A stretch of 64,000 nt of DNA from positions 1 through 64,000 of IMG/VR virus record IMGVR_UViG_3300046492_000369; one strand, given 5' to 3'. Below, in pieces: positions 1 through 8,703 of the stretch. Each line of letters starts with the position of its first letter. The first letter of the stretch is position 1. The translations under genes and the position numbers were made by a program. The stretch is from a virus. A model generated the notes under the pieces. The model saw only the letters and a list, made by a program, of their open reading frames with translations, made no database searches and had not been told where the DNA came from.

Positions 1-136
1 CAGAACCTTCAATCAGTTCACTGAGTGTGGGGTGGGGTGTGCCGGTTATGACACGTACTTCCATGTCGCAATCGAAGCAGACATCACGGCCTGCCATGGC
101 AGTATTTGCGCATTTCTTGCATGAGTGGAGAATCAT
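1..136 (-). CDS. hypothetical protein, 5' part only (runs off the left edge); two CxxC motifs
   Basis: ATG at 136 after AAGGA; reads MILHSCKKCANTAMAGRDVCFDCDMEV... with no stop before position 1. Confidence 0.5.
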   Translation of the reverse strand, partial: MILHSCKKCANTAMAGRDVCFDCDMEVRVITGTPHPTLSELIEGS

Positions 137-145
137 TATTTTTCC

Positions 146-679
146 TTATATGTGTTGCCAACGTTGGCGCTTGACGATGCGATCAACTTGCTGGCGGGAG
201 ATGCCGAACTCGACTGCAATGGCCTTCAGGGATTCGTCTTCAGCACGACGACGAATTTCGCGTACCTTGTCTGCAGTGAGTACAGTTAAATTGCTACTTT
301 CACCCTTGGTTTGAGTACCGTGCAGGATGCGATCGGCTGCATTGGCCAAAGGTGTATCCCAGCGCAGATTGCTCAACTGGTTATTGTTGGTGTCACCATT
401 GTCATGGCAACCCTGCATGCTCTTCTCTGGCTTGGGTCCGATAAAGGCGTTGAGCACGGCAAGATGAACATACACGTTCTTCTTGCGGCCTTCCTTATAC
501 AGTGTGACATAGTGATAGCCACCACGACTGGCATCGGTGTAGGTACTGAGGATCTGTTCCGGCATGAAGCGGATGCCACCACGGTTGTTGCTGATATCCC
601 GGGCTACTGCACGTACTTGACCCATGTTGGACACTTCGTAGTAGCCTTCGTAATCCTTGACTGGCTTCCAGATTTCCAT
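146..679 (-). CDS. free-standing NUMOD4-HNH homing endonuclease with C-terminal HTH
   Basis: MEIWKPVKDYEGYYEVSNMGQVR (NUMOD4), VHLAV...GCHDNGDTNNNQLSNLRW (HNH), SLKAIAVEFGISRQQV (HTH); start moved to ATG 679 behind AAAGGA. Confidence 0.9.
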   Translation of the reverse strand: MEIWKPVKDYEGYYEVSNMGQVRAVARDISNNRGGIRFMPEQILSTYTDASRGGYHYVTLYKEGRKKNVYVHLAVLNAFIGPKPEKSMQGCHDNGDTNNNQLSNLRWDTPLANAADRILHGTQTKGESSNLTVLTADKVREIRRRAEDESLKAIAVEFGISRQQVDRIVKRQRWQHI

Positions 680-690
680 GGTTTCCTTTG

Positions 691-718
691 AAAGAAAAGG
701 ATCCCCCGGAGGGGATCC
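691..718 (-). terminator. intrinsic terminator after nrdJ
   Basis: minus strand GGATCCCC-TCCG-GGGGATCC followed by TTTTCTTT. Confidence 0.75.
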
Positions 719-734
719 ATGGCCTATTAGTTCA

Positions 735-3323
735 TTAGGACTGGTTGACGTTGGCACCAAAGTTAATCGGGCAGGCACCAGAGGCACAATCCACATGTTC
801 CATACCCACGTCTTCCTGCACATCGTCATTCGACTTGATCGCATTGACGATCATCTCGAATTCCGCTTTGGTGACAGGTTGTTCGGGTAGGTACTCGTAG
901 GCCGAGGTATCCGACTGCGGCATGACACTGCAGCAGCGAATCGAGCTCTGGCCTTCCATCAGCGTCCGCATGAACTCCGCGAAACTGGTGACCTGGGGCT
1001 TGTACTTCAGGGTGTAACTGACCTGATTGCCGGTATCACGCAGGGGCGTAACACCATCTTCTTCCACACCGACGATCCAGTATTTCTCCAGCAGGCGCAA
1101 CCACTGGTATTGGTCTTCAGGGGTGGCATCACCAGCAGTCACGAGCTTGTCGCCCATGCCCAGCGTGGCAATGGTAGGAATCGTCGGGAAGCCAACGATG
1201 GTGGTACCGTTGTAGGTTTGCAGTTCGCGGATCGGATAACCCTGCTTGCGGTACGTTTCGATCAACGGATCATCGTTGCGGAACTGGACCCAGCGCAGGT
1301 ACTCGCCCATGGATGGCAGGTGGGCACCTTCAGTCAAACCAAACAGCTTGGAGGTCGTCCCTGCTGGTTTCATCGTGGTATCGGTGTGCGGCACCACTAC
1401 GCCCAGCAGTTTTGAGTACACCAGTGCTTCATCTTGCACAGCACGTTTGAAGCGCGACAGCATTTGCCAGAACGGTTGTGAAACCTCTTCATCAACCAGA
1501 TCTTTCCAGCCGAAGCCAAAACGTGCCCAAGCGTATTCGTGCAGGCCGGTCATGCCGACACCAATGCGGTTGGTGCGTGCTACTTCCTTCTTGTACAAGG
1601 AGTCCATCAGGTTAGTGCGGATCAGGGCACGAGTAGCGACCTTGAAAGCGTCTTCTGCATCGTTGTCCCACTCATAGTGGCAAAGTTCTGCATCATCACT
1701 CAAGTTGGCCCTATAGGTGTACCCAGCATGGAACGGCACCACATCAGCGATGACGCAGTAACCACCGAGCAGGTTCAGGACGATCTCACCGCACGGATTG
1801 GTGATGACCTTGTACTTCATCCGGGACCATGCCTGTGCCAGCACACGGGCTAGTTGCTTACCTTCCGGAGTCATCTTGTACTTCTGGCTTTCTGCGAATT
1901 CGCCATCGAGCAGGTTGTCGGTACCATCACCATTCCATGTAAGACGTTCTACCGTGATGAAACCGGGTTCGCCGGTACCATCGAAGTAGGAAGCCTCGCA
2001 GGCTGCGGTGAACACCTTCCACGCATGGATCTGGGTCGGTGTGAAGCAGTCCTTACCAATTAACTTGTGGAAGCCGCCCTTGTCGGTCAGTTCATAGCCG
2101 TTGATCTGCATAAGAGCAGCAACATGCTTGACACCATTCCAGAACTCCATGTCCACCATGACGGAGTTATTCGAGCTCCACAGGAAGCCACCACGCTTCA
2201 GTTCAATGAAGCCAAAGATGGTTTCATCGGTCCAGCACTTGGTGGCCATCCGGGCTGCACGACGAGCTCCACCCACCAATACACATTCAGCGAAGTAGTG
2301 GTCGGCATACATCGCAGCACGCCATGGCTGCATGCCTGCATCACGCAGCTTGGCTACGCAGGCGATTGCATGCATCAGCGGTCCTGGCCCGGAAGCCGGA
2401 CGACCCTGCATGCCCCCAATCGGGGAACCCTTGCAGCGCACATCAGAGAAGTCGATGAGCAGGACATCATTACGGAAGCAACCCGCATAGGTCATGGTTT
2501 CCAGCTTCTCGATAGCCTGTGCCCAGCCTTCACGACTGTCCGGTACGCGGAAAGTGTGGATCGTCTTGTGTGCATACATGTGGGCTGCCGATCGGGCATC
2601 CAGTGCGACGATTTCACGCGATTGCACATCCTTGTGGGACATGTCGATCACGCAGACCACGGTGGGCATGAGGCGGTAATCCACCTGCATCATGGCGTCA
2701 TCGTAGCAGCGCCCGACTCCAGAACCGTTCAGCAGCAGGTAGAATTCGAGGAAGCTCATCGCACTGGTGCTGCAGTTCGTAAACACTTCCATGTTGCGGT
2801 TGATCTGGTTGGCATCCCCATGCTGCAGGTGTCGTCCCGACATGAGCAGGCTGGCTTGACGCAGATGATGGTGCATCGCGTCGAACTCGATCTGAAAGGG
2901 AGATGGACCTTGGGCTGCCAGCAGGGAGCTGGCATCGGGACTGCGGCGGTCCCATTGGGTGCGGGGATCGAGCATGGCATTGCCGTAGGAGACACGGTAT
3001 GCCACATCGGCCCACTTCTCAGTCTCAACGTCAGCAATGACATTGAGGGTAACGACCACAGTCTGGTCATCACCCTTATCGACTTTGTAGCCGTTAGGGG
3101 CGGCTTCAATCTTGAGGTGGTTGGATTTGCAGTAGGCTGCCACTTCATCGTCGAGCGAGATGTCGTCGCGTCGCGGCAGTTCGATGACTTGGGTCCGGGA
3201 GGCAGGACGATCAATCTTGCGGTTGATGGTGCGGTTGGCCACCGCATCTCCCATACCCTTATCGTATTCCCGGGCGGGTACATTAGCTGGACGACGCCAC
3301 GAGTTTTGACGGGTTACTTGCAT
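735..3323 (-). CDS. nrdJ: class II (adenosylcobalamin-dependent) ribonucleotide reductase
   Basis: FTNCS, LNGSGVG, VVGGxRR-like VLVGGARRAA, TNPCGEI thiyl loop, RIGVGMTG, KPAGTTS, C-terminal CASGACPI; no beta-subunit gene nearby. Confidence 0.92.
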   Translation of the reverse strand: MQVTRQNSWRRPANVPAREYDKGMGDAVANRTINRKIDRPASRTQVIELPRRDDISLDDEVAAYCKSNHLKIEAAPNGYKVDKGDDQTVVVTLNVIADVETEKWADVAYRVSYGNAMLDPRTQWDRRSPDASSLLAAQGPSPFQIEFDAMHHHLRQASLLMSGRHLQHGDANQINRNMEVFTNCSTSAMSFLEFYLLLNGSGVGRCYDDAMMQVDYRLMPTVVCVIDMSHKDVQSREIVALDARSAAHMYAHKTIHTFRVPDSREGWAQAIEKLETMTYAGCFRNDVLLIDFSDVRCKGSPIGGMQGRPASGPGPLMHAIACVAKLRDAGMQPWRAAMYADHYFAECVLVGGARRAARMATKCWTDETIFGFIELKRGGFLWSSNNSVMVDMEFWNGVKHVAALMQINGYELTDKGGFHKLIGKDCFTPTQIHAWKVFTAACEASYFDGTGEPGFITVERLTWNGDGTDNLLDGEFAESQKYKMTPEGKQLARVLAQAWSRMKYKVITNPCGEIVLNLLGGYCVIADVVPFHAGYTYRANLSDDAELCHYEWDNDAEDAFKVATRALIRTNLMDSLYKKEVARTNRIGVGMTGLHEYAWARFGFGWKDLVDEEVSQPFWQMLSRFKRAVQDEALVYSKLLGVVVPHTDTTMKPAGTTSKLFGLTEGAHLPSMGEYLRWVQFRNDDPLIETYRKQGYPIRELQTYNGTTIVGFPTIPTIATLGMGDKLVTAGDATPEDQYQWLRLLEKYWIVGVEEDGVTPLRDTGNQVSYTLKYKPQVTSFAEFMRTLMEGQSSIRCCSVMPQSDTSAYEYLPEQPVTKAEFEMIVNAIKSNDDVQEDVGMEHVDCASGACPINFGANVNQS

Positions 3324-3349
3324 ATTTTTATTTCCCTTTCCTGAGTGAC

Positions 3350-3393
3350 AAAAAAAGAGCCGATCATCCCAGGAATGGTGGACGGGCGGCTCT
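3350..3393 (-). terminator. intrinsic terminator/attenuator just upstream of nrdJ
   Basis: minus strand AGAGCCG...CGGCTCT stem running into a 7-T tract, ending ~27 nt before the nrdJ ATG. Confidence 0.7.
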
Positions 3394-3431
3394 GCTGCTT
3401 TGAGTTACTGAACGTGCTACGGGGAACACGT

Positions 3432-3459
3432 ATAGTACCCAAGATTCGATGTTGCACAA
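3432..3459 (-). promoter_or_regulatory. possible sigma70-type promoter
   Basis: TTGTGC-16 nt-TACTAT with an AT-rich stretch upstream. Confidence 0.35.
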
Positions 3460-3537
3460 GAGATTTATTTTCTCAAGGCAACTAACTCTTTGTCTGGAGT
3501 TTGTGCTAGATCACGGTAGTTGTTGTTCAACAACTAA

Positions 3538-4275
3538 TTAATACTCTCCCCTGGTAAGAGCAGCCCAGCTCACTGGGAATAGTGGAGCGATGATCTTATC
3601 CACTTGAGCAGCGATCAACTGGGTTTCTTTCTGCGCGTGACCTTCACTACGCTGGTTATACAAGTTAGCCCATGCATACAGCGAGCCAGTGAGTGCCCAA
3701 TGAACTTCCACGCCCTGTGGAAGGATGAAGCGGGCCTGTTCAGGTGCGATACCATCATCAATCATGGCTTCGTAGTGTGTAATCGAATGATTACAGTGTG
3801 AAATGTACCGTTCACGCCATACAGCGCTCTGTGGATGGATTCCCCCACTCCCTTGCTTGACATTAGCCGCTGCTGCACGGAATTCGTCGGGGATATACAA
3901 CACTGGACGGCCACTGATATAGCGTCGAGATTCTTCTGACTCGATCATGCCGATCTTGTGCTTGAAGAGCTGCCTTGCGATCGGTACTGGCGCTTCCATC
4001 ATAATGCTGATGTGCGGATGACCGAACGGAACCCAGTGTTCTGGGATCTTGCGCACGTAAACCAGCAGATCATGCGCTTCATCACGGGTTCCAACCGTAG
4101 TCAGCTTATCAATCAGGTTCTGCCAATCCCCGCTGGCCATGCCCCGGGCGAGGAATCGGATCAGATTGTGGTTTTGTTCGGGTGTGAAGTTCTCGGCCAG
4201 TTTAGCAAAACTCAAACGAGCGAAGTTTGCCACAGCCTGATCATCTAAATAATGCCCTTGATAAATAGCTTGCAT
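3538..4275 (-). CDS. thyX: flavin-dependent thymidylate synthase
   Basis: HWVPFGH, APVPIARQLFKHKIG..SEESRRY, APEQARFILPQ, HAQKETQ. Confidence 0.93.
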   Translation of the reverse strand: MQAIYQGHYLDDQAVANFARLSFAKLAENFTPEQNHNLIRFLARGMASGDWQNLIDKLTTVGTRDEAHDLLVYVRKIPEHWVPFGHPHISIMMEAPVPIARQLFKHKIGMIESEESRRYISGRPVLYIPDEFRAAAANVKQGSGGIHPQSAVWRERYISHCNHSITHYEAMIDDGIAPEQARFILPQGVEVHWALTGSLYAWANLYNQRSEGHAQKETQLIAAQVDKIIAPLFPVSWAALTRGEY

Positions 4276-4338
4276 ACAGGAAATTCCTTTAAAATGGAAG
4301 GGTTAAGCGCACAAATGCGCCCTCTTGAGGAGTTTGGT

Positions 4339-6546
4339 ATGACTTGTGAAGGTAATGTCTGCGGTACAGGCGGTTGGGGCGGCCCTAAGCCAGGTGATCC
4401 GAACAATGACAGCATTCTACGGGCTACACCAGCATTCGGTGGTATCGACATCAATTTTACTTACCCAACTGTCAATCCCTATGCGCTGGCTTACACAATG
4501 TTGTACAGGGGCGTCTTACCAGACTTTGCCAACGCTATTCTCATTCAGGATGCCTTGGCTGGCAGCTACTATTTCGATCGGGTAGATCCCGGCACCACTT
4601 ATTACTACTGGATTCAGTTCGTATCGATTAACGGCACTATTGGTGATGTTATTGGCCCTGCATCAGCCCAAGCCAGGGATTCGATCGAACAGACCCTGCG
4701 TGACCTGACTGGCAAGATAGATGCAGGTGTGCTGGCGCAAGCCCTGAAGACAGAGATCGCAAGGATCCCTGAAATCGATGACAAGATCTTTCAGGAGATT
4801 GAAGACCGACTCAGCAGTAATCAAGCTTTGTCCAATGCCATTGCACAGGTACAGAACGTGTCGGATGAGACACTGAGCTATGTACAGCAAGAGATCACCC
4901 AACGGCAGGATGCCGATGGTGTGTTGGCTGAATCGATCAATACCTTGTTCGCCCAGATGGCAGGCAATGCTGCAGCCATCAATGAGGAAAAGCTGGTTCG
5001 GGTCAGCAAGGATGACGCCCTGTCGCAGCGGATTGACACCCTGGCTACATCTTGGGGGCCAGACATTGCTGCTGCTATTGCGATCGAACAGACTGCCCGG
5101 ACCAATGCAGATGGAGCGTTGGCTCAGGACATCACGACCTTATTTACCCGGACGAATGACAATGCAGCAGCCGTCATTGCCGAGCAAACTGCCCGTACTA
5201 CGCATGAAGGCTCGGTAGCCACCACAATTGCTGACTTGTACACCAAGCATGGGGAAGCCCTGTCGGCGGTGGATACGGAACGAACATCCCGTACAAGCGC
5301 TGATAGTGCCCTGGCTTCGGACATTACTACCCTGTTTTCCCGGGTAAGTGGTGCTGATGCGGCGATTCAATCCACTAATCAAGCCATTGTAGATGCTGGT
5401 GTGGCAACAACCAGCCAGATCAACACAATGCGGACCACGATCAATGGCGATATCACGAATGCCATAAATGGGGAAGCTGGTGCCCGTAATGCTGCAATTT
5501 CCTCTGCAGTGCAATCGGAAGCCAATACCCGTTCTGCCGCAGACTCAGCCTTGTCCCAGCAGATTACTACGGCCGAATCGTCCATGGGCAGCAATCTAAC
5601 CCAAGTTCAGACGCTATTGCAGACAAATATCGACACAACCAACGGTAAATTGACTTCAATTGGTGCTTTGTACACGGCTAAGGTCAGTGTAAATGGCTTG
5701 ATTGGTGGTTTCGGTGTCTACAACGATGGTAGTGAAGTCGAAGCAGGGTTTGATGTTGATCGTTTCTGGGTAGGCCGAACTAACGACGACAAGATTAAGC
5801 CATTCATCATCGATAGCGGCACTGTCTACATCAATGAAGCAGTGATCCGGCACCTTGAAGTGGAAAAGATCACCAGTGGTAGTGTTAATTCGGAATGGCG
5901 CATCCGTGGTCTGGGTGGACGGATCGTCATGGACACCGGGGCAGTGATGAAGGTAATTGGTACTGGTTTTGGTGCCAACAAGGATCTCATCGAGTGGTTT
6001 GGTCCCAGTATGCCGATTGAAGCCTGTACGAAAGCCAATGCCACGATTTATGAAGCAATTGATGGTAGTGCCTACTATGGTGGCGCACTCCGGGCAGGTA
6101 CCTTGTACAACGCCCAACGTACTACACAGACTGCTGCTAATGCTCAAGTTCCTCTTGGTCCATTCTGGTCTAACGGTAATCCGAGGGTGCTGGTCGTTAG
6201 CTATACCTTCAACTGGGAGATGTTGAATAACAATGCTGGTTCGACTGGGTACCAATACCAAGGAGGGGATACTTACGCCGATATCCAGCTCTGGAAAGGG
6301 AATACCATGGTGTCTTCCAGCAGAATGACGGGAAGCTATACCATTGATAACGATCTGAGTGATCCAGACAGCGCCAGTATCAGCATTGGTGGTTCTTTCA
6401 CCTTCACGGACACAGGCCCAGCCGGTAACTATTCATACAGCGCTGTTATTGTGTCGCGGAGCCTGGCAAACATCACTCATAGCTCTGGAGCCAACACCTC
6501 TTCAAATATCACGCAATCACTGGGCATTGTGAGTACTGAAGCCTGA
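4339..6546 (+). CDS. tail tip / host-specificity protein (coiled-coil repeats plus DUF1983-like region)
   Basis: start ATG 4339 after GAGGAG; FnIII-like YYYWIQFVSING; ~32-aa E..AR..AD.ALA..ITTL repeats; YTAKVSVNGLIGGFG...FDVDRFWVG...PFIIDSGTVYI. Confidence 0.75.
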   Translation: MTCEGNVCGTGGWGGPKPGDPNNDSILRATPAFGGIDINFTYPTVNPYALAYTMLYRGVLPDFANAILIQDALAGSYYFDRVDPGTTYYYWIQFVSINGTIGDVIGPASAQARDSIEQTLRDLTGKIDAGVLAQALKTEIARIPEIDDKIFQEIEDRLSSNQALSNAIAQVQNVSDETLSYVQQEITQRQDADGVLAESINTLFAQMAGNAAAINEEKLVRVSKDDALSQRIDTLATSWGPDIAAAIAIEQTARTNADGALAQDITTLFTRTNDNAAAVIAEQTARTTHEGSVATTIADLYTKHGEALSAVDTERTSRTSADSALASDITTLFSRVSGADAAIQSTNQAIVDAGVATTSQINTMRTTINGDITNAINGEAGARNAAISSAVQSEANTRSAADSALSQQITTAESSMGSNLTQVQTLLQTNIDTTNGKLTSIGALYTAKVSVNGLIGGFGVYNDGSEVEAGFDVDRFWVGRTNDDKIKPFIIDSGTVYINEAVIRHLEVEKITSGSVNSEWRIRGLGGRIVMDTGAVMKVIGTGFGANKDLIEWFGPSMPIEACTKANATIYEAIDGSAYYGGALRAGTLYNAQRTTQTAANAQVPLGPFWSNGNPRVLVVSYTFNWEMLNNNAGSTGYQYQGGDTYADIQLWKGNTMVSSSRMTGSYTIDNDLSDPDSASISIGGSFTFTDTGPAGNYSYSAVIVSRSLANITHSSGANTSSNITQSLGIVSTEA

Positions 6547-6570
6547 TTTACATCATTTAACCGCCTAACA

Positions 6571-6602
6571 GTGGACTTGTAGCCAACAAGCCACGGTTTT
6601 CT
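6571..6602 (+). terminator. possible terminator
   Basis: GTGG-ACTTGT/ACAAG-CCAC imperfect stem followed by GGTTTTCT. Confidence 0.4.
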
Positions 6603-6675
6603 GCGTTAATTAATGAGCACTGCAACGAATTGTTGTGGGACAATAGTGCTTACTGTAAATAAAGCTGGAGCCTGC

Positions 6676-7491
6676 ATGACGCCCGTATCGATGCAATTCC
6701 TTACTTCAACCGGAGAACCCATCGCGCATGCTCCGGTTGAGATCCGGCTCGCCCGCTCCGACTACGATGAAGCCCAGTCAGGCATCATCATGCCCCGACT
6801 GGTCACGGCAACGACGGATGAACAGGGCGAAGCCACGGTGAACCTGACGCCCTGTGACACGATGTATCACGTCACGGTTTATGACACGCTTAGTGATGCA
6901 GCGTTGCATTACGACTTCTATGTACCGACGCTGGATGTACCAGGAACGACGGTACGTCTGCAGGATATCGTGGTGGTCAAGCCCATCTCGCCCAAGAAAT
7001 ACGACGAGACAGCGTTGCTGGCCATCCAAAATGCCAAGGCCAATACGCTTTCGGCAATGCTGTCGGCTGAACAGGCCCGGGATGCCAGCATTACGGCCGC
7101 CAGCGATGCAGCGGACAGTGCTCGCTTAACTATCCCAACCACTTCCGCACTACCTCCGGACAATCCCCTGGAAAACCAAGAGTGGATCAACACGACCAAT
7201 GGCAAGCGCTTCAACTGGTTGGTTACGAATGGTCATGGGGCGTGGGTTGAAACCTACGCTTCCGTGGTCGTCAACACTCCTGATGCGGCAGCCATTCCGG
7301 CAGGTGTCGATGCGGAAGAAGTGGTTGCCATCGTTACGGAACAAGGAGTGCAAGTCACCGATCTGGAACTGGTGCAGTCCTTGGCTTCCACCGACATCCT
7401 GACCATTACCCAGCAAGATGGAGTAGAACGCCGGGTTACATTGGCAGAACTGGCTGCCATGATCGATCAGATCAATCGCGGTATCGCTTAA
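6676..7491 (+). CDS. virion protein, probable fibre adaptor
   Basis: ATG 6676 after GGAG; beta-rich N-domain (ATTDEQGEATVNL), Ala-rich helix, P..P....W.NT..G...W module, C-terminal DL...L..TD.L...Q.G..RRVTL module; position in the tail block. Confidence 0.55.
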   Translation: MTPVSMQFLTSTGEPIAHAPVEIRLARSDYDEAQSGIIMPRLVTATTDEQGEATVNLTPCDTMYHVTVYDTLSDAALHYDFYVPTLDVPGTTVRLQDIVVVKPISPKKYDETALLAIQNAKANTLSAMLSAEQARDASITAASDAADSARLTIPTTSALPPDNPLENQEWINTTNGKRFNWLVTNGHGAWVETYASVVVNTPDAAAIPAGVDAEEVVAIVTEQGVQVTDLELVQSLASTDILTITQQDGVERRVTLAELAAMIDQINRGIA

Positions 7492-7517
7492 TTAATCATT
7501 CACTATAGAGGCTCATC

Positions 7518-7985
7518 ATGGCTGTAGGACCAATTGTCATTCCCCAGAAAGCTGACTTCAATTTCGTCAATGCCACTAATCTGCTGGCTGCCAACCCAGC
7601 CAACTTCAAGCTGATGCTGGTAGGTTCCGGCTGGGTACCCAACAATGCAACCGACGAAGTAATTGCCGACATCGGTGCCAATGAAATCGCTGCAGGTAAC
7701 GGCTACACAGCCGGTGGTACAGCACTGACTAACGTCAGCTTGGCGCTGGTAGCTGGTAAAGCCAAGTTCACCTGCGATCCTGTAGTGTTCAATGGAACTG
7801 GTGCTGGTTTCCCAGCCTGGCGACGGGGTGTGTATTACTACAATGGCACACTCAACGGCAAAGTTAATCCTATCGTTGGACACTTTCTTGGTGATGCCGC
7901 ACCAGCTGATGTTCCGGCCACGACGCCTGCCAATTCGCCATTGACGATCACTCCTAATGCTGCTGGCTTGCTGACGGTAGGTTAA
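7518..7985 (+). CDS. small beta-rich virion structural protein
   Basis: FKLMLV...NEIAAGNGYTAGG.AL pattern seen in phage fibre-associated proteins; SD GAGG. Confidence 0.55.
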   Translation: MAVGPIVIPQKADFNFVNATNLLAANPANFKLMLVGSGWVPNNATDEVIADIGANEIAAGNGYTAGGTALTNVSLALVAGKAKFTCDPVVFNGTGAGFPAWRRGVYYYNGTLNGKVNPIVGHFLGDAAPADVPATTPANSPLTITPNAAGLLTVG

Positions 7986-7987
7986 TC

Positions 7988-8308
7988 ATGGAATGGGCCA
8001 GCGGTAATATCTTCATACGTCCAAATCCTCTGCCGAAAGCAGGGGATCAGGTGCAAGGGCATGCGCATAACTTTGACCACACGACTATCGCATTCAAAGG
8101 CGCTATCAGGGTCAAGCGCACACTTACCGATGGCACTGTACAAACCGTCGATCTGGTCGCGCCTGCTCATTGCCTGATCGAGGCTGGCGTGGAGCATGAG
8201 ATCACCGCTTTGGAAGATAACAGCGTGTTCTGGTGCGTCTACTCGCATCGCGAACCGCAGGGCGACATCGTGCAGGACGTGACTGGCTGGTCGGAGGCGT
8301 ACCAATAA
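7988..8308 (+). CDS. cupin-fold protein
   Basis: GHAHNFDHTT...KG and IEAGVEHEITALED cupin motifs 1 and 2. Confidence 0.75.
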   Translation: MEWASGNIFIRPNPLPKAGDQVQGHAHNFDHTTIAFKGAIRVKRTLTDGTVQTVDLVAPAHCLIEAGVEHEITALEDNSVFWCVYSHREPQGDIVQDVTGWSEAYQ

Positions 8309-8703
8309 TGGCCGAGCTTCTGGTGCGCGTGTTTAGCAAATCAAGTACTGACCCGGCGCAGGACGCTAAGCTCACCAAGCGTGGCGACGTGATCGTGGTC
8401 GTCCCTGACGGCTGGGGATGGTCGGATATCGAGTGCACCAATCCACACTGGCGCATCTTCAAGTGGCCGAGCGTGACCGAATCGGAGGCAAGTGCGCTGC
8501 TCACACCCGAACTACCCATCTCTGAAGCGGATGTGGATAACCCGCTGCTGCAACGACGTGGTTTTAACCTAAACCTTGATGCTGCGATCCTACCTGCCGC
8601 GTTGAAGGCGTACCTTGCTGACGATAGCCGTGTACAGCCGTTCTTCAACGTGCCTGCGCAGGTAACGCTGGCGAGCATCAAAGCCAAGAAAGCACGGCGT
8701 TAA
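8308..8703 (+). CDS. hypothetical protein of the tail block
   Basis: TAATG coupling at both ends, SD GGAGG; MAELLVR...KRGDVIVVVPDGWGW. Confidence 0.7.
   Translation: MAELLVRVFSKSSTDPAQDAKLTKRGDVIVVVPDGWGWSDIECTNPHWRIFKWPSVTESEASALLTPELPISEADVDNPLLQRRGFNLNLDAAILPAALKAYLADDSRVQPFFNVPAQVTLASIKAKKARR

Noticed and set aside
2067-3344. Long antisense ORFs (2067-3344, also 18803-19963, 26168-27064, 44845-45768 and others)
   Set aside because: Shadows of well-supported genes on the opposite strand, with no motifs or RBS
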